Below, piece by piece: positions 8,509 through 16,842 of a stretch of DNA of 35,201 nt. Under the pieces are notes generated by a model. The model made no database searches. It had not been told where the DNA came from and worked only from the letters and a program-made list of their open reading frames with translations. The translations under genes and the position numbers were made by a program. Within the stretch, counting starts at the first letter, position 1. Each line of letters opens with the position of its first letter. The stretch is from an uncultured Gammaproteobacteria bacterium (GTDB lineage Bacteria; Patescibacteriota; Patescibacteriia; Veblenbacterales; UBA10138), in assembly GCA_964530635.1 (NCBI GenBank), contig CAZGYI010000001.1:1-35201 (forward strand). The letters are read 5' to 3'.

Positions 8509-8567
8509 TGTCTTCCTGAACTCGTTTTAGAATCTTTATTAGATGCTGAAATAAATCCAGGGTGACT
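8509..8567. repeat. Short repeat, family W, empty copy
   Basis: 8510-8548 matches the reverse complement of 10570-10608 at about 32 of 39 positions. Ends are TGTCTTCC ... GGGTGACT. Contains an AATCT..AGAT hairpin. Confidence 0.45.
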
Positions 8568-8634
8568 AGTTTTCTAGCTTCCAGATTCTAGCTTTCTAGT
8601 TTCTAAATCCTAACGGTTTATTTATCTTACTACT

Positions 8635-9207
8635 TTAAATATTTTTTTCAAGTCCCCCCGTTTCCCCTCCTGGCACTAATGCTTTACTAGCGCCTATTTT
8701 GCGGGCAATCTGCATAGACAAACGCCCGCCCTGTCGCGAAAAAGGTATTTGTACTACTACATCATTCCCTAGTGAATTTATAAAATTATCAAATACCTGT
8801 CTAGCCAAATCCACCCGCGCTTTTTCTCTGCCTCTAAGTATCATTTCTACTTTTATTTGATTACCTTCAGTTAAAAATTTTTCAGCCTGTATTTTTCTTA
8901 TTTCTAAATCATGCTTACCAATATTTAAAGACAACCTTAAACCTTTAATCTCTATTTTTTTAATCTTAGCCTTTTGCTGACGCTCCAATTTTTGTTGCTT
9001 ATACTGAAATTGACCAAAATCCATGATTTTACAAATAGAAGGGCGAGCGGTAGGATTCACCTCTACCAAATCCAAGCCAATCTCACGGGCCATTTGTAAG
9101 GCAGTATAAGTCGGCACTACCCCCCTAGGTTTACCACCCTCATCAATTAGCTGAACCTCGGGTAGGCGGATGAATTGATTTATACGATAACGAAATTTAT
9201 TACTCAA
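8635..9207 (-). CDS. infC: Translation initiation factor IF-3
   Basis: INQFIRLPEVQLIDEGGKPRGVV and a C-terminal domain with LRLSLNIGKHDLEIK. The track start is TTG, and a non-ATG start is usual for infC. Gene order infC-rpmI-rplT. Confidence 0.9.
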   Translation of the reverse strand: MSNKFRYRINQFIRLPEVQLIDEGGKPRGVVPTYTALQMAREIGLDLVEVNPTARPSICKIMDFGQFQYKQQKLERQQKAKIKKIEIKGLRLSLNIGKHDLEIRKIQAEKFLTEGNQIKVEMILRGREKARVDLARQVFDNFINSLGNDVVVQIPFSRQGGRLSMQIARKIGASKALVPGGETGGLEKNI

Positions 9208-9253
9208 GTTCTTTGATTAAATGGTTAGTAATATAGATTATGTTCACAAATTA

Positions 9254-9337
9254 TCACTCGATTTTCCTATACTGGCCAATTTCCTTACAAAGGTATTTTG
9301 CTTTTTGATAAACTTCCAGATTTTCAAAATCAAACAT
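9254..9337 (-). pseudogene. Truncated remnant (27 aa) of a four-helix-bundle protein gene of the 23S rRNA intervening-sequence type
   Basis: Hand translation from ATG 9337 gives MFDFENLEVYQKAKYLCKEIGQYRKIE then a stop. FxxLxVYQKA is the usual N-terminus of this roughly 120-aa family. Recognition is from memory only. Confidence 0.35.
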
Positions 9338-9522
9338 ATTTTATTTGTAATTAGTTTGTGTAATTGGTAGTTGGGGCAAAAATTTCTAGCGACTGTGTGA
9401 GTGTGTGTAATTGGTAATTTGGGCACAAATTATCGCTTAACTTGATTGTCAAAATAAATATTCTTGCTAATTACCAACTACTAATTACTAACTACTCCAA
9501 ATTATTGCAAAGCGATAATTTG

Positions 9523-9904
9523 TGGTGGAGATGGCGGGAATTGCACCCGCGTCTAAGATGATGCCCCTTACTTGTCTACAGACATAGTCTGATTAATTTT
9601 GGCAGAAGTCAAATCAGACAAAAGCCCCTACCAAGTTGTCCTAGTATACTTTGGTTAACTGTTAGGACGCCAGCTAACCTGGCTCGATAAATGACGCTCT
9701 ATAAGACTATCGAGATCATCCTGCAGAACGGCTTCTGCTTAAAATTAAGCAAAAGCTGGTGCTAGAGTAAAGCCTGCAAAAGCATTCTTTACCCGAGCGA
9801 CAAATGATTTGGCATTTGTACAAGGTATCGCTTTTTTAACGAAGAGGCGAACACTTCGGTCTGCTGAATAAAGTTAATCAGCTTATCAATTGTTAAACAT
9901 CCCC
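9523..9904 (-). ncRNA. ssrA: tmRNA (SsrA), one-piece
   Basis: 5' end GGGGATG pairs with the 3' end CATCTCC, including the G3:U pair. T-arm GCGGG-TGCAATT-CCCGC followed by ACCA. The tag frame ends ...FAGFTLAPAFA-TAA, with the stop at 9747-9745. It lies next to smpB. Confidence 0.9.
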
Positions 9905-9994
9905 CAACCACGAGTAAGAGATTTGAGTAAGTGTAAGAGTTATATATAAAAACTATATCTCTAGCTCTTACTCTTCCTCGTCCTTGGGGACTAT

Positions 9995-10441
9995 CTAATA
10001 TTTTAAAGAGCGTCTAATGTCTCGTTCAATTTCCCGTTTTTTAATAACCAAGCGTTTATCTTGCTTTTTTTTACCCACAGCTACAGCTATTTGAACTTTT
10101 ACCAAGCGGTGTGAAGTATACACCGAAACAGGCACAATTGTCAAGCCTCGAACAGAGCTTTTACCCAGCAAATAGCCTAACTCTTTTTTAGTCAATAATA
10201 ATTTTCTATCGCGCTTGGGATTGTAATTTATTTGCGCGTTTTTAGCTGGCGGATATGGCGCAATCTGACAACCCACCAGCCACAACTCGCCTCTTTTAGG
10301 CATTACATAACTGCCTTGCAAATTAATCCGACCCCCTTTGACAGATTTTACTTCTGGGCCAGTTAATACAATACCTGCTTCAAATTTCTCCTGAATTTTG
10401 AAGTTAAATAGGACTTTTTTATTTTCCGCAATTGTCTTCAT
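9995..10441 (-). CDS. smpB: SsrA-binding protein SmpB
   Basis: KKVLFNFKIQEKFEAGIVLTGPEVKSVKGGRINLQGSY and a basic C-terminal tail. 148 aa. Confidence 0.93.
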   Translation of the reverse strand: MKTIAENKKVLFNFKIQEKFEAGIVLTGPEVKSVKGGRINLQGSYVMPKRGELWLVGCQIAPYPPAKNAQINYNPKRDRKLLLTKKELGYLLGKSSVRGLTIVPVSVYTSHRLVKVQIAVAVGKKKQDKRLVIKKREIERDIRRSLKY

Positions 10442-10451
10442 ACTATTTTAT

Positions 10452-10609
10452 TGTCATTCCAAATTCCTGCCCGCCGTCCGCTTTCATCAATCTAAGTGCA
10501 AAATCGGTTCTAGCACATTGACAAGGGACGGAAGAAAATTCGAGCTTAGACTTTGGCAGGCGGATAGTTCGGAATCTATTATAGATTCTAAAACAAGTTC
10601 AGAATGACA
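10452..10609. repeat. Composite repeat: a family W element (inverted relative to 8509-8567) carrying a family Y module at 10466-10563
   Basis: 8-bp terminal inverted repeat TGTCATTC (10452-10459) with GAATGACA (10602-10609). The Y termini CCTGCCCGCCGTCCGC and CTTAGACTTTGGCAGGCGG are near-identical to those at 30006-30104. Confidence 0.5.
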
Positions 10610-10648
10610 TCAATAATAAACTCCTACTTATATATTGTAACTTGAGAT

Positions 10649-10691
10649 AAAAAAAAGAGCCATTGTCCAATCAATGTCTTGGAAAATGGCT
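10649..10691 (-). terminator. Rho-independent terminator of the 10730-11311 gene
   Basis: Minus strand AGCCATT...AATGGCT (10685-10691 with 10658-10664), then C and a T8 run. Confidence 0.6.
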
Positions 10692-10729
10692 AGATATAAA
10701 TTTTATGGTTTATCCATCTCCGCCTTCAG

Positions 10730-11311
10730 TTACTCGCCTTCATCAGTTACTGCAAAAATCACGATGACTAAAATAATAATATTAATTAAAATATTAAAAG
10801 TCGGAACAAGCCATTTAGGAATACTTGGTTCTCCTAATATAAGAGATATTGGCCAAATAATAAAACCGATCACACATATTTTTACTAAAAAAGACATCAA
10901 TAAAGTAATACTTACTTGAAATGCCCAGATTAATAACAAAATAGGCAGCGCTATTAAAACAAGTATAATCTTCATTACTCTCTCCCTTTTAGACACTTTT
11001 TCTAATATCCCATTTGCTTGTCGTCTGAATTTTGGTCTTAAATCTGCACTGATAAAGAATCCTACAATTATAGCTAAGATAGATACCCAAGCTCCCGTAT
11101 TACTATAAGAGAAAATACTCTCATAAAATATCGCTGGCGCGCTAAAAAATAAAATACCTAGAAGCCCAACCAAAGTATAATCACTTCCTATTGGCAATAA
11201 AAATGATGCTATCTGTTTACTTAACCAACACAAAAAAATATTCCCACCAGCAAAGATCAATAACATTCCAATGGAATAGAAATCAATAGATGATACCAGA
11301 CGTTTAAACAT
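10730..11311 (-). CDS. Hypothetical multi-pass membrane protein
   Basis: 193 aa with about 5-6 hydrophobic segments. Has its own promoter and terminator. No family recognised. Confidence 0.6.
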   Translation of the reverse strand: MFKRLVSSIDFYSIGMLLIFAGGNIFLCWLSKQIASFLLPIGSDYTLVGLLGILFFSAPAIFYESIFSYSNTGAWVSILAIIVGFFISADLRPKFRRQANGILEKVSKRERVMKIILVLIALPILLLIWAFQVSITLLMSFLVKICVIGFIIWPISLILGEPSIPKWLVPTFNILINIIILVIVIFAVTDEGE

Positions 11312-11349
11312 TGTGATTTCCTTTTTTAATGAACAATTTGCGCTCTAAC

Positions 11350-11377
11350 TTTATATAAAAAACCCGAGAGTTGTCAA
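11350..11377 (-). promoter_or_regulatory. Sigma70-like promoter for the 10730-11311 gene
   Basis: Minus strand TTGACA (11377-11372), a 16-nt spacer, then TATAAA (11355-11350). Confidence 0.5.
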
Positions 11378-11383
11378 CCTATT

Positions 11384-11426
11384 AATAAAAAAGAGCCATC
11401 TTCACGAAATTGTCGCAAAGACGGCT
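11384..11426 (-). terminator. Rho-independent terminator of the 11446-11826 gene
   Basis: Minus strand AGCCGTCTT...AAGATGGCT (one G:U pair), then CTTTTTTATT. Sequence-related to the 10649-10691 terminator. Confidence 0.6.
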
Positions 11427-11445
11427 TTTTAAATTTGACTTTACT

Positions 11446-11826
11446 TTATATTTCACCCCCTTTTTCTTCTCGCTCCCAACGATCAACAAATCTCCTGACT
11501 CGTTGGGAAAAATTATAGGTATCATCACTAAAAGCTATAACACCTAAACCCACCCGCCTAGCGTTGCCAGACACAATTGCCATTAAGCTGGACCCGACAA
11601 TAATACCGCGTAAATAGATACCACGCAGCCGAGGTATCAACCAAGTGAGAGTAACGATGATACAAATAACATCGAATGGGGTGGGAAGATTAATAAGACG
11701 AGCAGCTCCTACAAGTAAGGCGACCGGTGAAATTAGAGCGATCAAAAAAAATACAAAACGAACAATTTTATGTGACATTATACATGTCCCTTTCTTTATT
11801 TTGTTAAACATTATTTTTATTTTCAA
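11446..11826 (-). CDS. Hypothetical small membrane protein
   Basis: 126 aa with 3 hydrophobic segments. The start is uncertain; ATG 11778 (MSHKIV...) is an alternative. Confidence 0.5.
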   Translation of the reverse strand: MKIKIMFNKIKKGTCIMSHKIVRFVFFLIALISPVALLVGAARLINLPTPFDVICIIVTLTWLIPRLRGIYLRGIIVGSSLMAIVSGNARRVGLGVIAFSDDTYNFSQRVRRFVDRWEREEKGGEI

Positions 11827-12013
11827 TTTTAAAAGTACAACTTTTCATACTACACCAAAACCCCAATCTTGTCAAGCCCAAAGGGTTCCCTGATGGCAAG
11901 CATCGGGCTTGCTGATCTGTTTTACTGGAACAGAACTTTATCTCGCCCGCCGAAACGCTTGGTTAACTTGACTCTACCCCCCTACCACAGTTCGCTATTC
12001 TTCCTACAAACCC

Positions 12014-12041
12014 TTGACAAGTTCTGCGGGTATGCTATACT
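12014..12041 (+). promoter_or_regulatory. Sigma70-like promoter ahead of a roughly 165-nt structured 5' UTR
   Basis: TTGACA (12014-12019), a 16-nt spacer, then TATACT (12036-12041). Downstream hairpins are GGGCT/AGCCC, the palindrome CCAAGCTCGAGCTTGG (12122-12137) and TGCCATTT/AAATGGCA. GGAGG lies 5 nt before ATG 12216. Confidence 0.55.
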
Positions 12042-12215
12042 GATTTGTTTTAGTAGTTTTTACTGTTTTTTGACAAATAAAAAATGGGCTAAATAAGCCC
12101 GAGGCTCATCCTCTAGAGAACCAAGCTCGAGCTTGGCACTTTACCCTCTCCATGGTGAGTCTATAAATTAAAACACTGCCATTTAGGGTAAAATGGCAAA
12201 TTCCATGGAGGAATC

Positions 12216-13163
12216 ATGGAAACTACACTCATTCTCGTCATTCTCGGAATCGTCGTAATCGCGGCGATTATCATTTTTGTACTGAATCGTTCTTGCAACG
12301 AACGTGTGCAAGAACCAGTTCGGGGAAACACCCGAACCTGCGTGGTACCTGGCGGCTATCAGGTACGCTTCACTCTTCCCCGGGCTGTCCCACTGCAAGG
12401 GAACGCAACATTTATACCCGGGATCCGACACCATGTCCCACCTTGGGTGTGGGTAGTAATCGGGGCCTTAGTTCTAATTATCGCGGCTATACTTTTTTTC
12501 GGCCGTGACCGCAGCGGCAACACAGCTATAACACCAACTCCTGCGGTCGAGCAAATCGCTCCTACATCAGCCGCTGCTGGCACCACTGCTCCAACAACTG
12601 TGGTTACTTTAACACAACATCAAATTGATTCAATTATGGCCATACAGCCAATGAACCTATGGAATTTAATTGATCAATTAGATGGTCAAAAAAAGGCATG
12701 GGATGCACAAGTAAGCACAGTGCAAGGAGTAACTAGCAAGTTATACCAAAAAGCAATGGCTTTAACTGGTGGATTGTCCCAAAACATCTGGGGACAAATC
12801 TCCCAGATGTCCCAAATGTCTACGCAACAACAGTACACGCCGTCTCTTGTCACAACTACGACCACTCCTGAAATCCTCAACACGATCTCTACAGATGTAA
12901 AAGAGATTAAAAAGGACTTAAAGGAGCATCGAGCTGGGGCACGAGCATCACACGCGCAAGCAGTTAATCAAAGAAATCAAATCCAAGATCAGTTAGATGG
13001 ATTGGATTCCCAGATTACTCTAGCTCGCGGCGAAGTAGCTGCGGCCAAAGAAGAGCTTAAAAATGCTCTTAAATCAGGAAGTCAATCGCAAATTGACAAC
13101 CTGATGGAGAATCTTCGCCTTCGCATAGAAGGCCTAGAACGGCTTCAAAAAATTACCAAGTAA
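12216..13163 (+). CDS. Hypothetical two-TM protein with a Q-rich region and a C-terminal coiled coil; compositionally atypical
   Basis: 315 aa with a strong GGAGG Shine-Dalgarno. TM helices are LILVILGIVVIAAIIIFVL and VWVVIGALVLIIAAILFFG. The 5' third is much more G+C-rich than its neighbours, which generates several spurious overlapping ORFs. Confidence 0.7.
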   Translation: METTLILVILGIVVIAAIIIFVLNRSCNERVQEPVRGNTRTCVVPGGYQVRFTLPRAVPLQGNATFIPGIRHHVPPWVWVVIGALVLIIAAILFFGRDRSGNTAITPTPAVEQIAPTSAAAGTTAPTTVVTLTQHQIDSIMAIQPMNLWNLIDQLDGQKKAWDAQVSTVQGVTSKLYQKAMALTGGLSQNIWGQISQMSQMSTQQQYTPSLVTTTTTPEILNTISTDVKEIKKDLKEHRAGARASHAQAVNQRNQIQDQLDGLDSQITLARGEVAAAKEELKNALKSGSQSQIDNLMENLRLRIEGLERLQKITK

Positions 13164-13192
13164 CCTCTACCTACATTTTGCGGTTACATATG

Positions 13193-13229
13193 AAGGAGTT
13201 ACTAATAACGTAACTCCTTTTTTATTTTT
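13193..13229 (+). terminator. Rho-independent terminator between convergent genes
   Basis: AAGGAGTTAC (13193-13202), a 7-nt loop, GTAACTCCTT (13210-13219), then TTTTATTTTT. Confidence 0.7.
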
Positions 13230-16200
13230 GCCCTAATTGAGCTTTGGCTTCTTTAATTAAATCCTCTGCCTGAAATTGCTTTTCTAATAACTCTGCTCTT
13301 TCTATAAGCGCCTGGCCGCTAGCCTTACTTACCGCTAACCCATCCAAATTCTCACCAATGCTGCCAGACAAGGTGCCTTGAGATAATTTGCCAGCCAAAG
13401 TTTGATTTAATTCCTGATACAATTTATCAATCATCACTTGTTGTTCACCGCCGTAGCTGCCTTTAAAATCTGCTAGCGACGCTTTAGCATCTAGTGATAA
13501 TACTCTTTCTACTAAACTATGATCGCGGGCAGCTGGAATTATTTCAAATCTATTTTTTAATAATCTTACATAATCAGCCAGTTCAGTTTGTGCTTTTTGA
13601 GCTACTTCATAAGTTTGATTTACAGCAACATCGTCAAATTTACTTTTACTAATAAATTCTACTGCCAAATTTTTATTAGTAGCTGGCGATAATAATTTGG
13701 TTTTTAATTCTAAACCATCAGTAACGCGATTATACTTTACCATCTTGGCTACATAATTATAATCAACTTCTTGCCAACCAGTTTTATATAAAACAATACC
13801 CTGATCATGCATTTTTTCTATTTGCTCACAAGTAATCTGCTCTAAGTGACCTTTAATATACTCGCCCAAATTATGATCGCGCATAAATTCCGGAGCTTGC
13901 TGACCTAGTTTATCAACTGCTTGTCTGATGATGGCTAGGGACGACTCGTTAAAAGCACCATTGTTAAATTCAGCTCCCAAACCGCGACTAAAAATTATTT
14001 TATCACCAGTATCCCAACTTTTACCCACCTCACCCACTATCTGATCCAAGACTTTGGCTTCCTGCCCTATTTGCTGATACATCGCCTGCGCTTGCTCTAA
14101 TAATTGGGTACTAGATTTACCTGGCTCCAAAGACACCTGGTCTAATACTTGTTTATCATCAATATCATACAAGAAATAAGTATCAACCTGACCATCACCA
14201 TTAATATCCACCGCTCGCATACTAATATCTGATAAATCGGCGTCGGCTGACAATTCACTGGGCAGCGCTTCGCGCCAAGCAACTACTTTATCTGACCACT
14301 GGGGAAATTCTGCCTGATGCCAATTAGTACCAACCTCTGCGGGTACCGAGGATTCTATTGAGGACCCGGCTGAAGTTTTTTCCACATGCTCATAAATATC
14401 ATTTTGACCAATACCCTTACCAAACTCATAATGCCATTTGCCATCACCACCTTTGGTTAATTCAATTTGTTTACCAATAGCTGACGCTTTTAAGCGTAAA
14501 TCATAAATCTCGCCGGCTTTAGTTGCGCCTACCACGGTGCTATCGCCAATTTTGGTATTAAACGCTGCTTCGTGCGCTAATTTGTTAGCAAAAGATTGTA
14601 CTTCGGCTTTGTTGCCAAGATCACCGGTAAAACCAAATTTTTCAGGATTATCCAAAATTTGCTGAATACCTTTAGTTTCAATTCCCTCGCCCGCTTTAAC
14701 AGTATAAAGATCAGGATTAATGTTTTCCAAAGAAACAGCAGGTGCTTTAACTTCCGCAGTAGTTGCTGCCTGGCTTAATTTTTCTGCTTCTTGAGCAGCT
14801 TGAATTTTATCTATACGAATTATACCCGTTATAGCCGTAACTCCGGCAGTAACAGTACCAGCACTTATTGACCAGATTACCCGTTTCAAAGCATTCTTAC
14901 GCTGTTTATCTAATTGAATTTCCTGGGCTTTATTAAATTCCTGCTGCTTTTCAAAAACTTTATTTAAATATGCTTCAGCGGCTTGCTCAGGAGTTAATTC
15001 CCTATCCTGCGTAACCGCCCGTGCTTCAGTTTTAATATTCTCATGATATTTCTGTTCCAATAACTCAATGGTTTTACCTGTTAATTCTTGGGTTGACTGT
15101 TTAACATCTTTCTTTAACTTCATTTTTTTTGCCAAGACACCAAACATTTCTGACATTCTACCATAACTGATAGCTTGCTTTGCTTCAGTTACTCCTTTGC
15201 TTTCGCCAATATTTCTAATACGGGCTAATTCTGTTACCACTTCTTGTGGTGATAATTGGTTAACTTGCTCCTTAAGGTAATTAGTTATTTCTTGTTCACC
15301 AGTTTTGGTTTTCCTTGCTTCTTTGGCTATAGCTCCCACTTTGCCTTTTTCTTGCTTACTAGCCATTATTGCCTCTGTAGTCATTCCGGCGCCAGCGCCC
15401 GAAAGAGCTGTTCTAGCAGACACCAAACCTGTTGATACTCCTCCTAAACCAGTATAAGCAGTAATCACTGAACCTGCGGTTAAGGCGGCACCAACAGCTA
15501 TGCGTAATTTGGGATTTAACTTATTATATTTTTCTTTAAATTTTTGCCAATTACCTTTATCTTTACCTAATATTAACTCATTCACTTTTTGCAATTCCTG
15601 TTGCTGGGCATTATTAACTAAATCAATTATCGCCTGTTGCCTTTCCTGCTCATTTTTACCTTGAAAATCCGCTATTTCTTTAAGTACTGCAATATCTATT
15701 TTAACTTGACGCCTTATTATCTCATTTTTTGCTTGCTCATATTTTTCACCCAATTGCCTTAACTGGTCATCTGGTAAGATCTTTTTCCTAGAAAAAATGG
15801 CCCGCTTGCTAGCTTTGGCGCCAAAATAATCCTGGCGGCTTTTTTCTAAATCTTGTTCCAGTATAAATAAAGTCTCGGAATCTGCTGGGGGAATTGATCC
15901 TGGTTCAGGGGAAACTGGAGGATTTTCTGGCTCTATACTCTTCTTCTCTTCTTGGGACTTATAAATGATTTCATCAAATAATAATCCACTTATGCTTCCC
16001 TCAATATTTACGTACAATTTTCCATCAGTCCCCCAGCCAGCTATTCCAGTAATGACTACTGGATTGTCACCTGTTTGTTTATTACGCCAAACAGCTGGAC
16101 CTAATTTGACTTTAGCTTCTTCAATTTTCCTTTTTTCTAAAGTTTCTTCTATTAATGATTCGCCCTGGACTAGAGCTTCTTCTTTTCCTACTTTGTCTTT

Positions 16201-16506
16201 TAATATCTGTAAAATTTCAACTGGATCCTCGTTTTCTATTTGTTCATCAGTAAAACCATAAGCCTTTAAAATATCGCGTGAACGTTTAATAATAACCAAA
16301 GGCACGCCACCACTTTCAAAATCCTTAATTATCTGTTCGGCCTGGTTCTGTATCTCGATAGTAATAATTGGTATAGCTTCAAGTTCAGGTTCGGGCGCAG
16401 ACACTTCTGGAACCAAAGATTGATTCAGGGCGTCTCGCAATTCTGATTGGTCAGGGGTTGGCTCGCCCCCTCTTATGGGTTCTGTTGACGGATAGATTTC
16501 AGTCAT
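13222..16506 (-). CDS. Giant hypothetical membrane protein (1094 aa), coiled-coil rich
   Basis: Uninterrupted ORF. Gly/Ala-zipper hydrophobic hairpin IAVGAALTAGSVITAYTGLGGVSTGLVSARTALSGAGAGM (about 15361-15510). Second TM helix VIWSISAGTVTAGVTAITGII (about 14813-14885). Ca-binding-like loop VDINGDGQVD (about 14156-14215). No family recognised. Confidence 0.75.
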   Translation of the reverse strand: MTEIYPSTEPIRGGEPTPDQSELRDALNQSLVPEVSAPEPELEAIPIITIEIQNQAEQIIKDFESGGVPLVIIKRSRDILKAYGFTDEQIENEDPVEILQILKDKVGKEEALVQGESLIEETLEKRKIEEAKVKLGPAVWRNKQTGDNPVVITGIAGWGTDGKLYVNIEGSISGLLFDEIIYKSQEEKKSIEPENPPVSPEPGSIPPADSETLFILEQDLEKSRQDYFGAKASKRAIFSRKKILPDDQLRQLGEKYEQAKNEIIRRQVKIDIAVLKEIADFQGKNEQERQQAIIDLVNNAQQQELQKVNELILGKDKGNWQKFKEKYNKLNPKLRIAVGAALTAGSVITAYTGLGGVSTGLVSARTALSGAGAGMTTEAIMASKQEKGKVGAIAKEARKTKTGEQEITNYLKEQVNQLSPQEVVTELARIRNIGESKGVTEAKQAISYGRMSEMFGVLAKKMKLKKDVKQSTQELTGKTIELLEQKYHENIKTEARAVTQDRELTPEQAAEAYLNKVFEKQQEFNKAQEIQLDKQRKNALKRVIWSISAGTVTAGVTAITGIIRIDKIQAAQEAEKLSQAATTAEVKAPAVSLENINPDLYTVKAGEGIETKGIQQILDNPEKFGFTGDLGNKAEVQSFANKLAHEAAFNTKIGDSTVVGATKAGEIYDLRLKASAIGKQIELTKGGDGKWHYEFGKGIGQNDIYEHVEKTSAGSSIESSVPAEVGTNWHQAEFPQWSDKVVAWREALPSELSADADLSDISMRAVDINGDGQVDTYFLYDIDDKQVLDQVSLEPGKSSTQLLEQAQAMYQQIGQEAKVLDQIVGEVGKSWDTGDKIIFSRGLGAEFNNGAFNESSLAIIRQAVDKLGQQAPEFMRDHNLGEYIKGHLEQITCEQIEKMHDQGIVLYKTGWQEVDYNYVAKMVKYNRVTDGLELKTKLLSPATNKNLAVEFISKSKFDDVAVNQTYEVAQKAQTELADYVRLLKNRFEIIPAARDHSLVERVLSLDAKASLADFKGSYGGEQQVMIDKLYQELNQTLAGKLSQGTLSGSIGENLDGLAVSKASGQALIERAELLEKQFQAEDLIKEAKAQLGQK

Positions 16507-16511
16507 AATAA

Positions 16512-16817
16512 TTAAAATTTAAGTTCAGATAGTAAATCAGTTGTTTCTTGTTTATATTTTTCTACTTCTTCAGATACTAAAGTTGTTAAATTGGGAAAAT
16601 TCTTATTAATAAAATCACTAATTGCCTGGTCATTGCCCGCTTCAAGTAAGGGTGTTAATTGTTTATGTTGTTCTGGGGTTAATTCTCTCCATAAACGATT
16701 CATCACCCGTTCATTAATAATATCTGTCATCCGCTGTAAAACCTCTTGTTGTTTGGCCGGTGGCAAATTATCTAATTTTAAAGTTTGTAAAATATTTTCC
16801 TTAATAGCTTTGATCAT
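16512..16817 (-). CDS. Small helical protein of a type common in CPR genomes (possibly DUF5663-like, from memory)
   Basis: 101 aa, sequence ...LKLDNLPPAKQQEVLQRMTDIINERVMNRLWRELTPEQHKQL.... Lies 5 nt upstream of the 1094-aa gene. Confidence 0.6.
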   Translation of the reverse strand: MIKAIKENILQTLKLDNLPPAKQQEVLQRMTDIINERVMNRLWRELTPEQHKQLTPLLEAGNDQAISDFINKNFPNLTTLVSEEVEKYKQETTDLLSELKF

Positions 16818-16842
16818 AAATATAAAATTAATTAGTTAATTA

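Noticed and set aside
8555-8625. CTAGAAA/CTAGCTT short repeats and TAATTGGTA repeats (also 9340-9500) as a possible CRISPR array
   Set aside because: The units are under 12 nt, irregular and AT-rich low complexity. There is no repeat-spacer periodicity and no cas genes.
9244-9426. 60-aa minus-strand ORF between infC and tmRNA
   Set aside because: Low-complexity sequence (..THTHTVARNF..) over degenerate repeats. A different frame holds the four-helix-bundle remnant.
10398-10919. Plus-strand ORFs 10398-10607 and 10674-10919
   Set aside because: The first is read through the W/Y repeat upstream of smpB. The second is antisense to the membrane protein gene and crosses its terminator.
12183-12883. 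Four ORFs overlapping the 12216-13163 gene (12183-12434 minus, 12293-12508 plus, 12359-12586 minus, 12686-12883 minus)
   Set aside because: They are by-products of locally high G+C. Only the 315-aa frame has a promoter, a GGAGG, TM helices and a terminator.
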